The notes under the pieces: model-generated
Database searches by the model: none
Told to the model about the DNA's origin: nothing
The model's input: only the letters and a program-made list of their open reading frames with translations
Translations under genes and position numbers: made by a program
Shown here: positions 37,853 to 52,109 of the stretch, in pieces
How the letters are laid out: each line of letters starts with the position of its first letter
How positions within the stretch are numbered: position 1 is the stretch's first letter
Source of the DNA: Camelus ferus
Lineage: Eukaryota
Direction: 5' to 3'
Assembly: GCF_009834535.1 (NCBI RefSeq)
Contig: NC_045697.1
Span: forward strand, 107,324,001 to 107,388,000
DNA length: 64,000 bases

Positions 37853-40263
37853 GCCTCAGGGCTGTTTTTCAGTTAAGCCAAGGTTGCCCAAAGTCTGACC
37901 TCTACATCAGTGGTAAATCACTAATATAGTATATGCTACTTTACTAATGTAGTATGTACCTTTAAACACATGCACTAAAACTGAAATTTAAAAGGATATG
38001 ATTTCTAAAATCTAGATAAGTGTTATTTCCTTCCTTCACTCCACTTTGGTGATCACACCTATCAATAATGAAATTTCAGTTCTTACAAAGGAAAACTTCA
38101 ATCAAATAAACCATGGTTTTGAAGAAAAAGTTCTTAACTGAAAATATAAATAGATAAAGAAATGTACAAGTAGATACTATATTTCATCAATTCTAAGGCT
38201 TTTAATTTTCTTATTTTAGTGTCTCTGAAATAAAGTGCATATTATGTTCCATGTATCTGTGTTACTTAGGCAGCAGCACCATAGAAATCTGGTCGTTATT
38301 TCCAGTAGTGTGGCTGGACGATGCAACCATTCATGTCAAGAAACCACTTAAGTATCATTTGAGAAAGGAATGCATCTCAGTTGTTTGTCTTTAAAACCTT
38401 CCGTTAACACTTTTTGATAAAATCACCAAAATACCAGCATCAAAATTTGCAAAATCAGTAACAGTGGCTTAGAAGAAAATCCAAGATGATAAAGAAATAC
38501 TCTCTTAAGAATGCTACAACAACAGTATTTTTGATGGCCAAGAGGATAACACTGGGTAGTTAACACAGATACCAAGAACTCTTAATCAAAAAGTAACTCA
38601 GAAGATTTGGACTCTGAATATCAAACAGTTTTAGATATACCTTAAACAATTTATTTTGCTTCTATTTCCCTTTATATGTACACATGGATGTGACATATGG
38701 TAAAAATTTCATGTCCAAATTAAAAGTGTTTTTAGTAAATATAGAAAAAAATATCTCACTAGTAACAAATAATAACCAGTTAGAAGATATAATGGGTGAG
38801 AAAACCCCATTTACAATAGCAACATAAAAGGAAAAAAATAATTAAGAATACAATTAACAAGTAATCTATATAAAGAAAAATATAAACTTTCCTGAAAGAA
38901 ACAAAAGTAGACTTGAACAAAATGAAAGATGTTCCATGTTCTAGGTGAAAAATGCCTCAATATAATTATGGTATCAGTTCTACCTAAAATATTTAATAAG
39001 TGCAATGTGTTCCCAATGAAAACACCAATGAGCTTTTATAATGAAACTAGACCAAGTGGATGCTAAAATTAATATAGAAAAATAAATTCAAAAGAATTAG
39101 CTAGGAAAACACTAAAAAGTAAGAGCTATGAAGACAGACTAACTCTACCAGATATTAAAAAGTACTACATAGCTTCTAAAACTAAAACAGTGTAGTACTG
39201 AGGTATGACTAAATAAACAGAAAAGTTCAAAAACAGACCAATGATATAAAACATCAAGTATATGATAAAGATAGTATGCCAAATTACTGGGGTGAAGTTG
39301 ATCTCTAGTATTGGGACAAGTGAGTAGACATTTGGAAAAAGACAAAATGGGATTCATTCTTCATAATACACAGAATGGATCAGAGATCTACATGTAAAAA
39401 AATGAAATTATACAAGTAATAGAAAAAAATGGGTAAATTTCTATATAAACTGAACTTAGGGAGAGCCTTTCTAAGTATGATTTAAAATCCAGCTGCAAAA
39501 AAGAAAAAGATTATTAAATTTGACTATATTAAAGTAAAGTCTGCATGGCATAATACCATAAACAAAGCTGAAAGACAAATCGCAAACTGGGAGAAAGTAT
39601 TTGCAATATGTAACATAGATAGAAGGCTAATATCCCTTATGTGCAAAAATATTTTTTTAATTGAGGGAAAAAAGACCAAAAAATCCATAGAAAAATAGAC
39701 CAAAGACATGAACATACGATTTACAAAAAAATATTAAAATGGTTCTAAAATTGTGAAAAGACATAAAAATTCAAAATATGAGAAATGCAAATTACGACTA
39801 TGCTAAAATATCATTTCTCACCCACCAGACTAGCAGAAAACATCAAAAGCTCGACAATACACACCATGAGTAAACAGGCACTTTCATATATTGCTAGCAA
39901 AATGGGTCAATCCACATGAAAGTGAGTATCTTCTAGTGCCTAACAGAACCACAAATGAATTTGCACTTCTACTCAGCTATTCTACTTCTAGGAATACATC
40001 CTGGAGATACACCATCAACCATAGAAAAATAGATTTGAATGAGGTTATTTATTATAGCATTATTTGGAAATAACAGAAACTAACCAAATGTCTAAGTATA
40101 GGAGATTGGTTAAATAAGACAGTACATACACACAAAAGAAAACTACGCAGCTGTAAAAATAAATAAATAAATAAAAATGAGAAAGATCTCCAAGGAATGA
40201 TACACAGTGACTTCCATAAGAAAGTATTATGTGAGAATAGGAAATTTCAAAAGAGCATAAGCT

Positions 40264-41568
40264 GGTGCCAAGACCATATAAAGGGGAAAGGACAGCCTTT
40301 TCAACAAATGGTGCTGGAAAAACTGGACAGCCATAAGCAAAAGAATGAACTTCTACTCTTACACCTTACACTATATAGAAAAAATTAACTCACAATGAAT
40401 TAAAGATCTAAATGTCAGATTTAAAATTGCTAAAACTCTTAGAAGAAAACACAGGGCAAAATCTTCATGACACTGAATTTGGCAATGATTTCTTGGATAT
40501 GACACCAAAGGTGCAAGCAACAAAAAGAAAACACATACTGAATTTCATGAAAATTTTTAATTTTTGTGCATCAAAAGACACTATTAATAGAGTAAAACAG
40601 CAATCCATAGAATGGGAGAAAATATCATATATCTGATAAGAGATTACCAGCTAGAATCTATGCAGAACTTCTAAAATTCAACAATAAACAACCTTATTCA
40701 AAAATGGGCAAAAGATTTAAATAAACATTTCTCCAAAGAAGAAAATACAAAAGACCAATCAGCACATGAAAAAATGCCCCAAATCATTAATCATTAGGGA
40801 AATACAAATCAGAACTACAATAAACCATTACGATAGCTACTATTAAAAAAAAGAAAAGAAAACTCACAGAAAGGAAGAAGTGCTGGAAAGGATGTGGAGA
40901 AACTGAAACACTTGTGTACTGTTGAAAAGAATGTAAAATGGCACAGCCACTATGGAAACCAGTATGGAAGCTCCTCAAAAAATTAAAAATAGAATTACCA
41001 TATGATTCAACAATTCCACTTCTGGGTTTATACCCCAAAAAGTTGAAAATTAGGTCTCAAAGAGATATTTGTACACCATGTTCACAAGAACATTATTCAT
41101 ATAGCTAAAATGTAGGTGCAACCCAAGCGTCCATCAATGGATAAAAGGATAAACAAAATATGTATATACGCATACAATGAATATTATTCATCTTTAAAAA
41201 GGAAGGAAATCCTGCAATATATGACAACACAGATGAATCTGGAAGATGCATTTTGTTGGTGAAAAAAGCCAGCCACAAAAAGGCAAATACTGTATGATTC
41301 CACTTACATGAAGTAGAATAATCAAAATCATGAACACAGGATATAGAATGGTGGTTGCCAGGGGTGTCAGGGGATGAGAGGGTGTAGAGTTATTGTTTCA
41401 TGGGTATAGAGTTTCAGTTTTGCAAGATGAAAAGAGTTCTGGAGATGGATGGTTGTGATAGTTGCACAATATAAAGGTACTCAACAACACTCAACTGTAC
41501 ACTTAAAAATGGTTAAGATGGTAAATTTTATGTTATATATAAATTACCACAATAAAAAATTAGGGGGA
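40264..41568 (+). mobile_element. L1MB-like 3' portion nested in the older L1
   Basis: ggtgccaagacc...caacaaatggtgctggaaaaactgg...gttctggagatggatggttgtgat...aattaccacaataaa. Diverged TSD aagagcataagct / aaaagcatatgct. Confidence 0.85.
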
Positions 41569-41847
41569 AAAAGCATATGCTATCTTTTGCATAAGAAAGA
41601 GAAAATTAGACACTTATCTGCTTTGCTTAACAAAACTAAGCAAATGAAAGGCAAATCAGAAAACAATGAAGCAAACAAAGAGAAAAGATGCTCCAAACGT
41701 TCAACAAAAATTTTAATTAAATCAATAACGATGGGAAGGGGTGTAACTAAAACAAAACCAAAAATCCAACTGCAGTTTAAATTGATACCATAATCATACA
41801 GAAGGGAGGAAAAGAGCTAATCCAAGTAATTTATGAACACAGTATTT

Positions 41848-41850
<3 letters not shown>

Positions 41851-41878
<28 letters not shown>
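41851..41878. repeat. (TG)14 microsatellite
   Basis: Read directly from the sequence. Confidence 0.97.
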
Positions 41879-41887
<9 letters not shown>

Positions 41888-43207
41888 CCTCAGTCCTACA
41901 AATTCTGATTCTTTTTAGATGAGTTTTTGTGTATGTGGCAGTAGTACAGGCATAGCAATTCTAGAACTATTTTAGAAGTACTTTGATCAGAGCGAATGGG
42001 ATATGTACATACTATTGGAAGCCAGGGTTCTCACCGTGGAGGAGATATACAAATATACAGTGAGGGGAGATAAACAAAAATCCTACCAGGATGGACATAA
42101 TTTGAAGATGTCAGTGTGAACTCATAAATTCTTAACTATGTATATATGTATATGCAAGCATGTATAAAATATGAGTGTGTATGCATATGAGCACATATAC
42201 TCAATGTGCATATATAAATATATGCATGTTTCTTCCTCTGTCAACTGAAAGAACCCAAAAGCAAAGATGCCTAACATCCAAATCTTGGCCTCCATGATCA
42301 TTCTCCACAAAGGAACGTAAGTTCCAGAGAAAAGTGGCTCATTCCAGAATAGGTATGAAGATTATACAGTTATGAAACACACTATTGTGTCAAAACGTAT
42401 GGCAGTACATCAAAATTTGAGCATCAAAATAATTAAGAACAGTAATGAATTATAAACAACTACAAAAAATAAGAATCCAGGAGTTTGTATCGATGATAAA
42501 TACACAAATATATAAATGGGGGAGAAGAGAGGATTCTTGTTTATGGGAGAATGACAAAGGTTGACTGGTAAAAATGAAGGGAATGCTAAAGTTGAAAAAT
42601 TATTTTGCAACTATCATTATAAAGATTTGTTTAGGCAAGAATCAATGGATGCTAAATCTAGGGAAAATTTTTGATGAGGAGAAAGATAACTGCATAGTTT
42701 TAAAGGGTCTCCTCACAGATTGCTTATTAATTGTAAGAGTAAAAATAATAGCTATACAATGAACAAATCAGACAACACCTCAAGTAATAAAAATCATCAC
42801 CAATAAAGACCAAATGAACACTGTGGGACTCCAGATTTGATGCCCTAAGAAAAACACAGCATCACTTCTGTAGAATTCTTTTCAGTAATGTATAACCTGA
42901 ATCTAATCATGAGCAAATATCAAAAAAAACAAAAATGAGAAACATTCTAATTGTATGTTAATTATGTAAGAGATACCCCTCCTTCTTAAGAAATACACAC
43001 TATGGCATTAAGGGCTAAACTGCCAATGTGCTCAACTTACTTTCAAATGTCAGAAAGGAACTGTGGGTACACATATATAGAGAGACACAAGCAATGATAA
43101 AGCAAATGAGACAGATTGTTAATAATAAATTAAACTAGAAAAAGGATATGCAGATGTCCTTGCAACTTTTAAGTCTGCAATTATTAACAAATAAAAAGTG
43201 TTTTAGA

Positions 43208-43296
43208 AGGGACTGTAATAGCTCAGTGGTAGAGCACATGCTTAGCACACACAAGGTCCTGGGTTCAATCCCCAGCACCTCCATTAAAAAAAAAAA
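43208..43296 (+). mobile_element. vic-1-like SINE (short form)
   Basis: atagctcagtggtagagcacatgcttagcacacacaaggtcctgggttcaatccccagcacctccatt plus A tail. Confidence 0.9.
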
Positions 43297-44679
43297 GTCA
43301 ATGATAAGAAAGCACTGTTTCATACTTTAATAAAATTCTCTTTCTTGGTGGTACATAACAATGATGCATCTTACAATGAATAGCATCTTAGGGTCAATGA
43401 AAAATAATAAGTGGAGAGGCAAAAAAAAAAAAAAAAAACCTCAGAAAATTTTCTTTATCCAAGTAACAAGCTTTCAGGGAGAAAGACAGCAAGACACACC
43501 ATGAACACTAAATTAAGACTACTTAAAGGAACAAGATACTTTGTGTTACCAATCTAGTCTTTAAGCAATTGGGACTTTATGTATTCATTAATTCTTAAGA
43601 TTCATTTTGTAATATGTTTGCTTACTTACAATTATAAAAGTACCTACATACATTGTGAGGAAATCAATGTACAGCTATTTTAAATATGTAATGTATTTTA
43701 AATGGGCTTTCAATGATCAAATAAAATGTCCCTTGAAACCTAGGCTTAGCGGGAACTGAAAACTGTTAAATTGGTTAAATCAATAGGTGGATCATCCAAA
43801 ATTAATTGTCAATAATGGACAAACTGAAAATAAGGGGAAAAAATATAAAATTACAATGAACTTAGATTTCAAAGATAGTAAGTAGTAAAAAATTCAACTG
43901 TCAGAGAAATCCCCATAAAAAAGAAAGAAATGCTAGGATTACTAGAGATTTTTGCTTTCACCTGCATGCTACAGTGTATTTGCCAAAAAGAAAGCCCACA
44001 GAATTAAAAACACAGGTTTCTTTTTCAATTTGCATGATTTTTACCACTGCATTTCTACTTCTAGAAGGAGCTAACGAAAGATCACTATGCTGGGTCAAAT
44101 AAATGGCTGCAGAGGGCAGGTAATGAACAAGCCACAGAATGTAGGGCAATGCTTATCAGTATATCCAAGTGAATCAGGAGACTATGAATGTAATGGAAGA
44201 AATGTAAGCAATTCACTAAGCTGGGAAAACAATCTGAAAACCCACACTGTGATCTTTGTATTTACACAAATGACAGGTGCAAAACTGGGAAGTGGGAGGG
44301 AAAAACTGTGTACTAAGTAATTTCCTAGGAATTATCCAGTCTGATGATTTTTCCACCTTCTTTAAAATTTTCTATTCCAACTTGTAGCTACTAAATGTGA
44401 ATTCAGTAAACATCTTTTATTTTTTTTAATGCTTTCATGTTGAACTATCAAATGTAGAAGCTGAACTGAAATAACTGACACAAATGGTATCTTCAAGTAA
44501 GTCACAAATCATTCACCATATGCTGGTCCAGCGTTATTACATGTTTCCTCTAAATTTCTTCTCCTCTAAGATGTCAAAAATCTGTTGTTGAACAGATGTT
44601 GAAATCTGCAGTAACATAAAAATAGATTTCTCCACTTTGTGTTTTCATTACTATAAAAAAAATAATTATTTGATTTAAA

Positions 44680-44922
44680 GAAAATAATACATAGACACAG
44701 AAAGTAGAATGGTGACTGGCTGGAATAAGGCATAAGGGGAGAAGGTAGAGTTGTTATTTAACAGGTAAAGAGATTCAGTTACACAAGATGAAGACTTCCG
44801 GAGCTGGATGGTGATGATGGTTGTACAACAAATATGAATGTACTTAATATCACGGAACTGTATGCTCAAAAATGGTTAAGAGGGCAAATGTTATGTTATG
44901 TATCTTTTAAAACAATTTAAAA
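44680..44922 (+). mobile_element. L1MB 3' end
   Basis: catagacacagaaagtagaatggtgactg...gctggatggtgatgatggttgtacaaca...aaaaatggttaag. Confidence 0.8.
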
Positions 44923-46106
44923 AGGGGGGCAGAATAACAGTCGGTAACCCAACATCAACAGGTAAAAGAAATCCTATAGAAATCAAACAACTCGAAATCT
45001 AATAATCTCCAGATATTCAGCAATAGGGGTAAATTATACTACCTAATTCAGTAACTCTCAAGAGCATCATTATGTTATCAAAACAGTTCAACAAATACTC
45101 AAGCAGATAAGTGAATTCTTTCAAATATGGTTAAATTATTTGTAAATAAGGAGATTAAGAGTGATTAAGTGATTAACATGAGGTCATGTCTCATTCGGAA
45201 GTGGCAGAATTGGACTTAAAACCAGTTCTCTCCATTGCATAAAGTTTGTTTAAAATAAAATGTATTAGTATATCAACCATATTTCAATTAAAAAATACAA
45301 TAAAATAAAATACAATGTATTAAAATCAAGTATTTCAAATTCTGTTACCTGAGTGATACACAAGTATTCCATAAAGTAAAAGTTCCTAATTATTTTGTGC
45401 TGAAATACTACAATGTGCCAACTGTAGGCATGTAGGAATTTTTCCCCCAGGACCTTCACCCAGGTGATGTTCTATGTATTCTTAATTTGTAGTAAGGGTT
45501 CCAAAAAACTACAAATGGCTGATGGGTAAGAATCAGAGACTAGTCATCTGAACACTCAAGATATTTACTAGAAAAAGAAATGGTGTATGGCCATGCTCAT
45601 CTTTCTATTCCTAAAATGTTCAAATTTGTGCATGCATTCATAATTTACTCATTTATGCAACAAATATTTATTTCATCCTTATTATGCCATGCTCCTTCCA
45701 GCCTGAGAAGACATCTTAATGCAAGCTGTAAGTCTCACTTCCTACACTACTCCCTGACATAGCTCAAAGTCAGCTCAAACTTTTCTGAACCATAAGATAA
45801 AAGGAACCACAAAGAAGCTGCCAATAAAACTAGCTAATTACATTCAACTGTTAAATCCAATTAAGAGAGAATTACATGCCATACATAGGAAAACTTTTAG
45901 ATTGTATAACTTAATAGTTAGGATTTACAATTTTATCCAATATGCCAAAATAAATATACAATGTCTTAACTGACACACCATCTTTCACTAAAAATGTAAA
46001 TAGTAATCTGCTGTAAATCTTCACCCTAAACACTAACTTCCCTTCATTGCTAACATACACATTTTCTTCTTTATTATGCTTTAACTTCCCAAAGAAATTT
46101 CAAATT

Positions 46107-46130
46107 GTGTGTGTGTGTGTGTGTGTGTGT
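46107..46130. repeat. (GT)12 microsatellite
   Basis: Read directly from the sequence. Confidence 0.97.
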
Positions 46131-48683
46131 AATAGACAAAAAGAAATTTTGGCTTTTATTCTAATATATGCACACTTTAACTTAGAAGAAAGGAAAGAAG
46201 TAAATGGAATCATAAAAGTGGTGGCATGAATTAACATAAAAAAAATCCTTGCTAGCAGCATCAAATTCTTTAACACTCCTTTGTGTACCTAGCTATCTTA
46301 CTTGTCAGTGAGTAAACTTATGTTTAGTAAGTCTAAAAAAGCTTGTTTTAAACTAAAGGATTTTTTTTAAACAAACTCACGTTTACGTCCAAAATAAATC
46401 CTGTAACATAAGCCCCACTATGGAACAAGTAAAATCAAAATAACTATTTTATGTTAGTTGGGTCTATGTAAATCCCATTCTAAAATGTTTTTATTTAGCA
46501 TTTTATCCAACACAAAATTTAATGTATACATGTTGAAATCTAGAATTCAGATAATTTTAATGGACATATGTTTATATCCTTCTGTTGTAGAAGAAAATGA
46601 TACTCAAGAATAACAGCTAAAAGTCCAAATGACTCTTCACTAATCTAATTCCTAAAATATATTTTTTCCAGTATACTAAACACATAAATTTGACAACTAA
46701 GTACATTTCAAGTGGATAAAAGCATATTCTTTACAGTCACATAGGCATATGTACCTATCCACAATGTGGAACTGTACAGTCTGTCAATAGTGCTCTCAGG
46801 TAGCCAGAATCTAAAAATTATACTTTAAAAAGAACTAAACCGGGTTAAATTTAATATCAGATATCAAAGGAAATGTACCACTATTTCAAATTTACTTCAG
46901 AAGTAATTATAAATGCAATGAGGGGAAACACAAGTCTGTTTTGGTTTTAGGTTTTGTTTTGGGGTTGTTGGTTGGTTGTTTTGTTTACTAACTAGAAAAC
47001 AAGAAGGAGCTCTAAAAGAAATTCCAAAATCATGTATGAGAAGGTTAATGTAAAAAACACCAAATGACACTTCATACTTAGGAAACACCACCTCCAGTTA
47101 GGCTTGACTCAAACTCTAAGCAACACAATCATAGCCTTCGTGCAAATCAGATCAATTTTACCATCTTTTGGTTGATTACGTTTTACTATCATTGCCCAGA
47201 AAGGACCAGGAGCAACATGAGTGTTTGTTGGTTTTGCAATCTTTGACTCTTAGTCAAAGATAAGTTTTTTCAAGAGTACAATACTTGGATTAGAAATCAG
47301 TAGTTCTCAAACTTTAAATGGAGCTCTTTTAACATAAAAATCAACATTTTAACATCAACTTAAAATATACAAATTAAATTGGATAGAGAAAATTTCTTTC
47401 CAAAGCAGCATTTTCTAAGTAACTAGCATGCTATAATTAGAAATGCAGTACAATAATTCATTCTTTTATGTCCTAATCTAGAATATTCTTCATGACTAAG
47501 ACCAAGCCTATTATGTACATAGACCTTGGTCAACCATCAGCCTCCTTTTTAACTAGCAGAGGATGCTAAGACACGATCTGAAATAGAATGTATGCAGACC
47601 ACATAAATCAGTAAGATGTTTAAAGAGGAGGGAGTGTACTGGTACAGTAACTATTTCTGAACCAATCAGTAAAAGTCATCATGCTTACTTTTTCAGTCTG
47701 CTGAAGGTAGCAAACATTCTAGGAAAACAAAACAGAAATCTACTCACTGTGCAGTGACTGAAAACAAAGATTTTTACAGGCTTTTCACTTGAGCCAGAGT
47801 GCCAAGGAAGCTACCAATTTGAAAAGATCAGAATACAGATTTCAAGGAAAAGCAGCAGCAGCCCAAGGCGGGAAAGGTCAATGACAGTTCTACCTGCCGT
47901 TAAGTAGAGGGAGAGAAAAGAAATCTTTGTGGAAATTTCCACCTTCCTCTAAAGGACAGAAAAAATAGGATGTACCAAACTAATAATATACCCTGTGGGG
48001 CCAGAGAGCAGAGAAGCTAGCTGAAAACATCCTCATTAAGAGTCAAAATTTGACTTGCCTTAGGCAAAAATATTCTTAAAATTTTGTCCCACAGCAAGTC
48101 TTCATGTCTTCATATTTATACAGGAAGAGTTTTCCTCATCTATACCAGCGAATTGGTATTTCTAGGCAGAAATAAGAACTTAAACTATACAACAGTCCCA
48201 ATTGAGTAGAGGTTCTTGGGACTATGGTGGACAATAATCGGAAATTAAGAATATTTTACCCCCAACTCCAGTAAGGACAAGAGCTAAAACAGAAACACAC
48301 CAATATAGATATTAGAGAAACTACGCTAGTGTCTTCAAGGTCACTGACAATAAGGGAATTCCAAGAGTATGGGTATAAATCTCTACCAGGTAGGACAAAA
48401 GCCAATTCAACAAGCACCGTCACCTTACTGAACGCTGTTCCTCTAAGACCAAACTCAAATCAGTATCTGTCATATTAAATTAGGTTATTACAAATCTGCA
48501 TATCAAATATGCAAGAAAAAAAAATAAAGCCCTAGGTATAAACACACGGTGACCCGAGATAATTTTAATTATAAAACCATTTGAAAAGACAAAAAAGCCA
48601 AATACTACTGCTCTCAAAACACAACAGGATAGCACACACTAGATTCTGTTGTTGAGCACAGTTCTACTACATTCAACATACCA

Positions 48684-48847
48684 TGTATAGCACAGGGGAA
48701 CTATATTCAATATCTTATAGTAATGAACAGTGAAAAAAGATATGAAGATGAATATACACATGTTCCTATACGACTGAAGTATTGTGCTGTACACCAGAAG
48801 TTGATACAATGCTGTAAAGTGATTATACTTCAATTTAAAAAAAAAAA
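48684..48847 (+). mobile_element. Short L1 3' tail insertion
   Basis: tgtatagcacaggggaactatattcaatatc...tacttcaattt plus A tail. TSD aacataccatg at 48675-48685 and 48848-48858. Confidence 0.92.
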
Positions 48848-50447
48848 AACATACCATGGATGCTATCTTGGCAATTTTTTAATAAACTTTGGCAGCAGAC
48901 TTTAAGTTCCTAAAAAATTGCTCCCCAAATGTTAGTAACCTTAATTAAAGCATTATAATTCTAAGGAACAAATTATAGAGGGCTAAAGAAAAAATACACA
49001 TAGAGGCCATACATCATCAGTTAAAATAACATATGAGAGAATGAAAGAAGGTTGATAATGATTGAAGCTGGCTGATGGGTGCAGAGGCGTTCTCTCATGC
49101 TTTTCTATATATTTGAAATTTTCCACAATAAAATTTTGTTAATTTTTATTGATTGACAATAGGTCAAATTTTAAACCCCAAAATGTAAGATTTTGTTAGA
49201 TATTTTAAAATTGTAGAGAGAAAAAACAAGGTAACTAGCAGTAAGTACCTAGTAGGTGTTTTAATATGTAACAATCCCTACGAGATACACAGAATCAGCC
49301 CTATTTTCCATAAGAAAAAACTAAGAATCAGAGGGGTAAATTTTCTTGCCCAAGATCATAAAATAACTGAGATTCACAACCAAAGAGGAGAGGCAGAAAG
49401 AGCGAGAAGGGGAGGGGATAAGAAGAAAGCAGGCAATAGGTTGGTTAAAGGGAAAAAAACACCATTGCACTAATACACAAAAGACAAAATTAGAGAAATA
49501 ATATTTCTAGACAATTCCACAAGTTAAAAGATTCTTGTATTATTCAATGACAAGTATTTAAAGAAAAAAGACAAATATACAGCTGTATTTTAAAATCTGT
49601 AATTATGCTGTATCTGCAAATATTTGTGTATGTTACTAGCTCTGATATACCCAATCCTAAAGAACCCCCAGTTCTGCCATGTTAGTAACCATAAAAATAC
49701 ACATACACACACACACACATACATAAAATTACTCTTAACCTTGTTTAATTATCTAACCACAAGTTAGAATAAACCCAAGAAAAGATTGAAAAAGTGTCAT
49801 AACATGTTTAAAGTGGTACTTTGTATTTGTAATCCAGAAAACTTTGGTATATATTCAGTATATTTTAAGATCACTATCCAGATATATTACTCCAACCCTC
49901 CAGTGTTAAGGCAAGTATATAAAAGTAATACCATAAGTATGAAAATCCATTCTAAAGTACATAAAAAATGCTAGTTTCCTTCCTCACATCTTAATTGACA
50001 AAATCCTACTTTCTCAATTTGTATAATGTCAGAGTAGAAAAACGCTAATTCTATTATGGACCACTGATCTTCAGAAACATAATCAATTAGAAACTACAAA
50101 AAACAACTATAATCGGATTGAGCTTTTCATTTGAGTGTGGGTAAATCTGAAGAAAGAGAAAGGCAAGAAACAATAGAAAAATCTGCCTCAAATGAAAAGA
50201 GTTATAATAAAACTTGATTCACTAAACTGAAAGCCATTAATGTCTAAGTAAAGAGAGAAACGTATAATTTAGGAGACTTGGGTTCCAGAACTAGTTCTGG
50301 TCCTAAACAGCTGACCCAACTTAAACACCTCTTTAATCCTCAATTTCCGTACCTAAAAATTGACAGTTAGAATGTGTTATTTTTATGTTTCCTTCCATGC
50401 TATGACATGTTATAACAGGTTCTATAACATGCCAAGAAATGCAAATA

Positions 50448-50912
50448 CAGGCATACCTCATTTTACTGCAAAAATTTCACTTTACTGTGCTTTGCAGATT
50501 TTGCATTTTTGACGAAGTGAAGGTTTGTGGCAGCCCTGCACGGAACAAGTCTATCAGCGCCATTTTGCCAACAGCATTTGCTCACTTCATGTCTCTGTGT
50601 CACATTTTGGTAATTCTAACAAAACTGCAAACTTTTTCATTATTATCATTATCATGGTGATCTGTGATCACTGATCTTTGATGTTACTAATGTAATTCTT
50701 TTCGCATGTTTTAGCAATAAAAAAATACACTGTATTTTTAGACATAATAGTACTGTACACCTAGCAGACTACATTATAAGTAGACTACACTATAAACATA
50801 ACTTTTATATGTACTGGAAAACCAAAAAAATTTGTATGACTTGCTTTACTGCAATATTCATTTTATTGTGACAGTCTGGAATTGAACCTGCAGTATCTCC
50901 TAAGTATGCCCA
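50448..50912 (+). mobile_element. Internally deleted Tigger1 MITE
   Basis: ta|caggcatacctc...gaaggtttgtggcagccctgc...aagtctatcagcgccatttt, ending gtatctcctaagtatgccca|ta. Confidence 0.9.
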
Positions 50913-51429
50913 TAGTTTGAAACAAAATAACACACTAAGGCTAGTTAAGAAGAGGAGAAATTTTCAACAACCAGAAATCAAAAAAAAAAAAAAAAAAAAA
51001 TCAAAGGACAATCATCTCAAGGATAGAACCTAGAAGAGAAAAATTAGAGACCATCTTAAGTAACTGACTAAATTCGCATCCCACAAGAGAACTAAACAAT
51101 ATTACCAATACATTTTGGTGATTTTTAATTTATTTATAAATATATACGTTACTATATAGTTGGTAGAGAATATCACTTCAACCACAGAAAAAGCTGAAGT
51201 ATGATTCTTATTCTTGTGTCTTAATTCAAACCTTTATAGCTTAAAAATGATTTGGCTTTAAAGTGGTGCAGCTCAAGATTAACAGTAACATAAAACACTG
51301 TAAGACACTTGCCTGGTCAAAAATATGTAAATATTTTGTTATTCCATCTTGAATATGCCAGAAGCTATGTTAAATATTACAAGTTAAAAAAATGAAGGCC
51401 TACAACAAAACACTACTACAAACTTCCTA

Positions 51430-52100
51430 GAATCTAGAGTAAAATTAAAAACAATGACAATACCAAGTGTTGTCAAGGATGGAGAACTAGAACTCAGCAT
51501 TACTGGTGGGAATGCAAAACAGCACAGCTACTTTGGATAAGAATTTGGCCATTACTTATAAATTTAAAATGCATTTACCACATGAGTCAGTAAGCATACT
51601 CTTGGCTATTTACCCAGGAAAAATGAAAACATGTCCACATAAAGACTTGTATGGAAATGTCTAGAGGCAACTTTATCCATAATGGCCAATGGAAACCAGA
51701 TGGTGACTGGATAAACAAGTTGTGGTACATCTATACAGTAAAATACAGCTCAAATAAAAAGAAACAAATGTAATATATGCAAAAACATGAAAGAATCTCA
51801 AATGCAGTATGCTAAGTATAAGAAGCTAGTCACAAAAGACTACTCATTGTATGATTTCATTTTTATTTGACATTCTAGAAAAGACGAAAGGATAGGGACA
51901 GAAACTAGATCACTGTCAGTGGTTGGGAATAGGGAAGAGAGGCCTGACTACTAGAGGACACATGAGAACTTTCTGGGGTGACATAAATATCCTACATCTC
52001 AACCACGATTATGGTTACAAGGTGACATACAACAAACTCTACACCTAAAAGCAATGAGTTTTATTCTACGTCTATTGCACCTCAATAAACCTGACTTTAA
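51430..52100 (+). mobile_element. Old L1MB/ME 3' end
   Basis: tgacaataccaagtgttgtcaaggatggag...aaaatgaaaacatgtccacataaagacttgta...cctcaataaacctgacttt. Confidence 0.8.
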
Positions 52101-52109
52101 GAAAGAAGA

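Larger units (their letters stand above)
38745..43200 (+). mobile_element. Old L1MC-type ORF2 end and long 3'UTR
   Basis: ccccatttacaatagcaac, gaaaagacataaaaatt...atgcaaatta, L1MC-like 3'UTR aacctgaatctaatcatgag; interrupted at 40264-41568. Confidence 0.7.
38177..43407 (+). mobile_element. Kanga1-like (TcMar-Tc2) DNA transposon split by ~4.5 kb of L1 and SINE
   Basis: Left TIR-like ta|ctatatttcatcaattctaagg at 38177, decayed transposase-like sequence about 38310-38560, right TIR-like gcatcttagggtcaatgaaaaataa|ta near 43383-43409. Confidence 0.6.
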
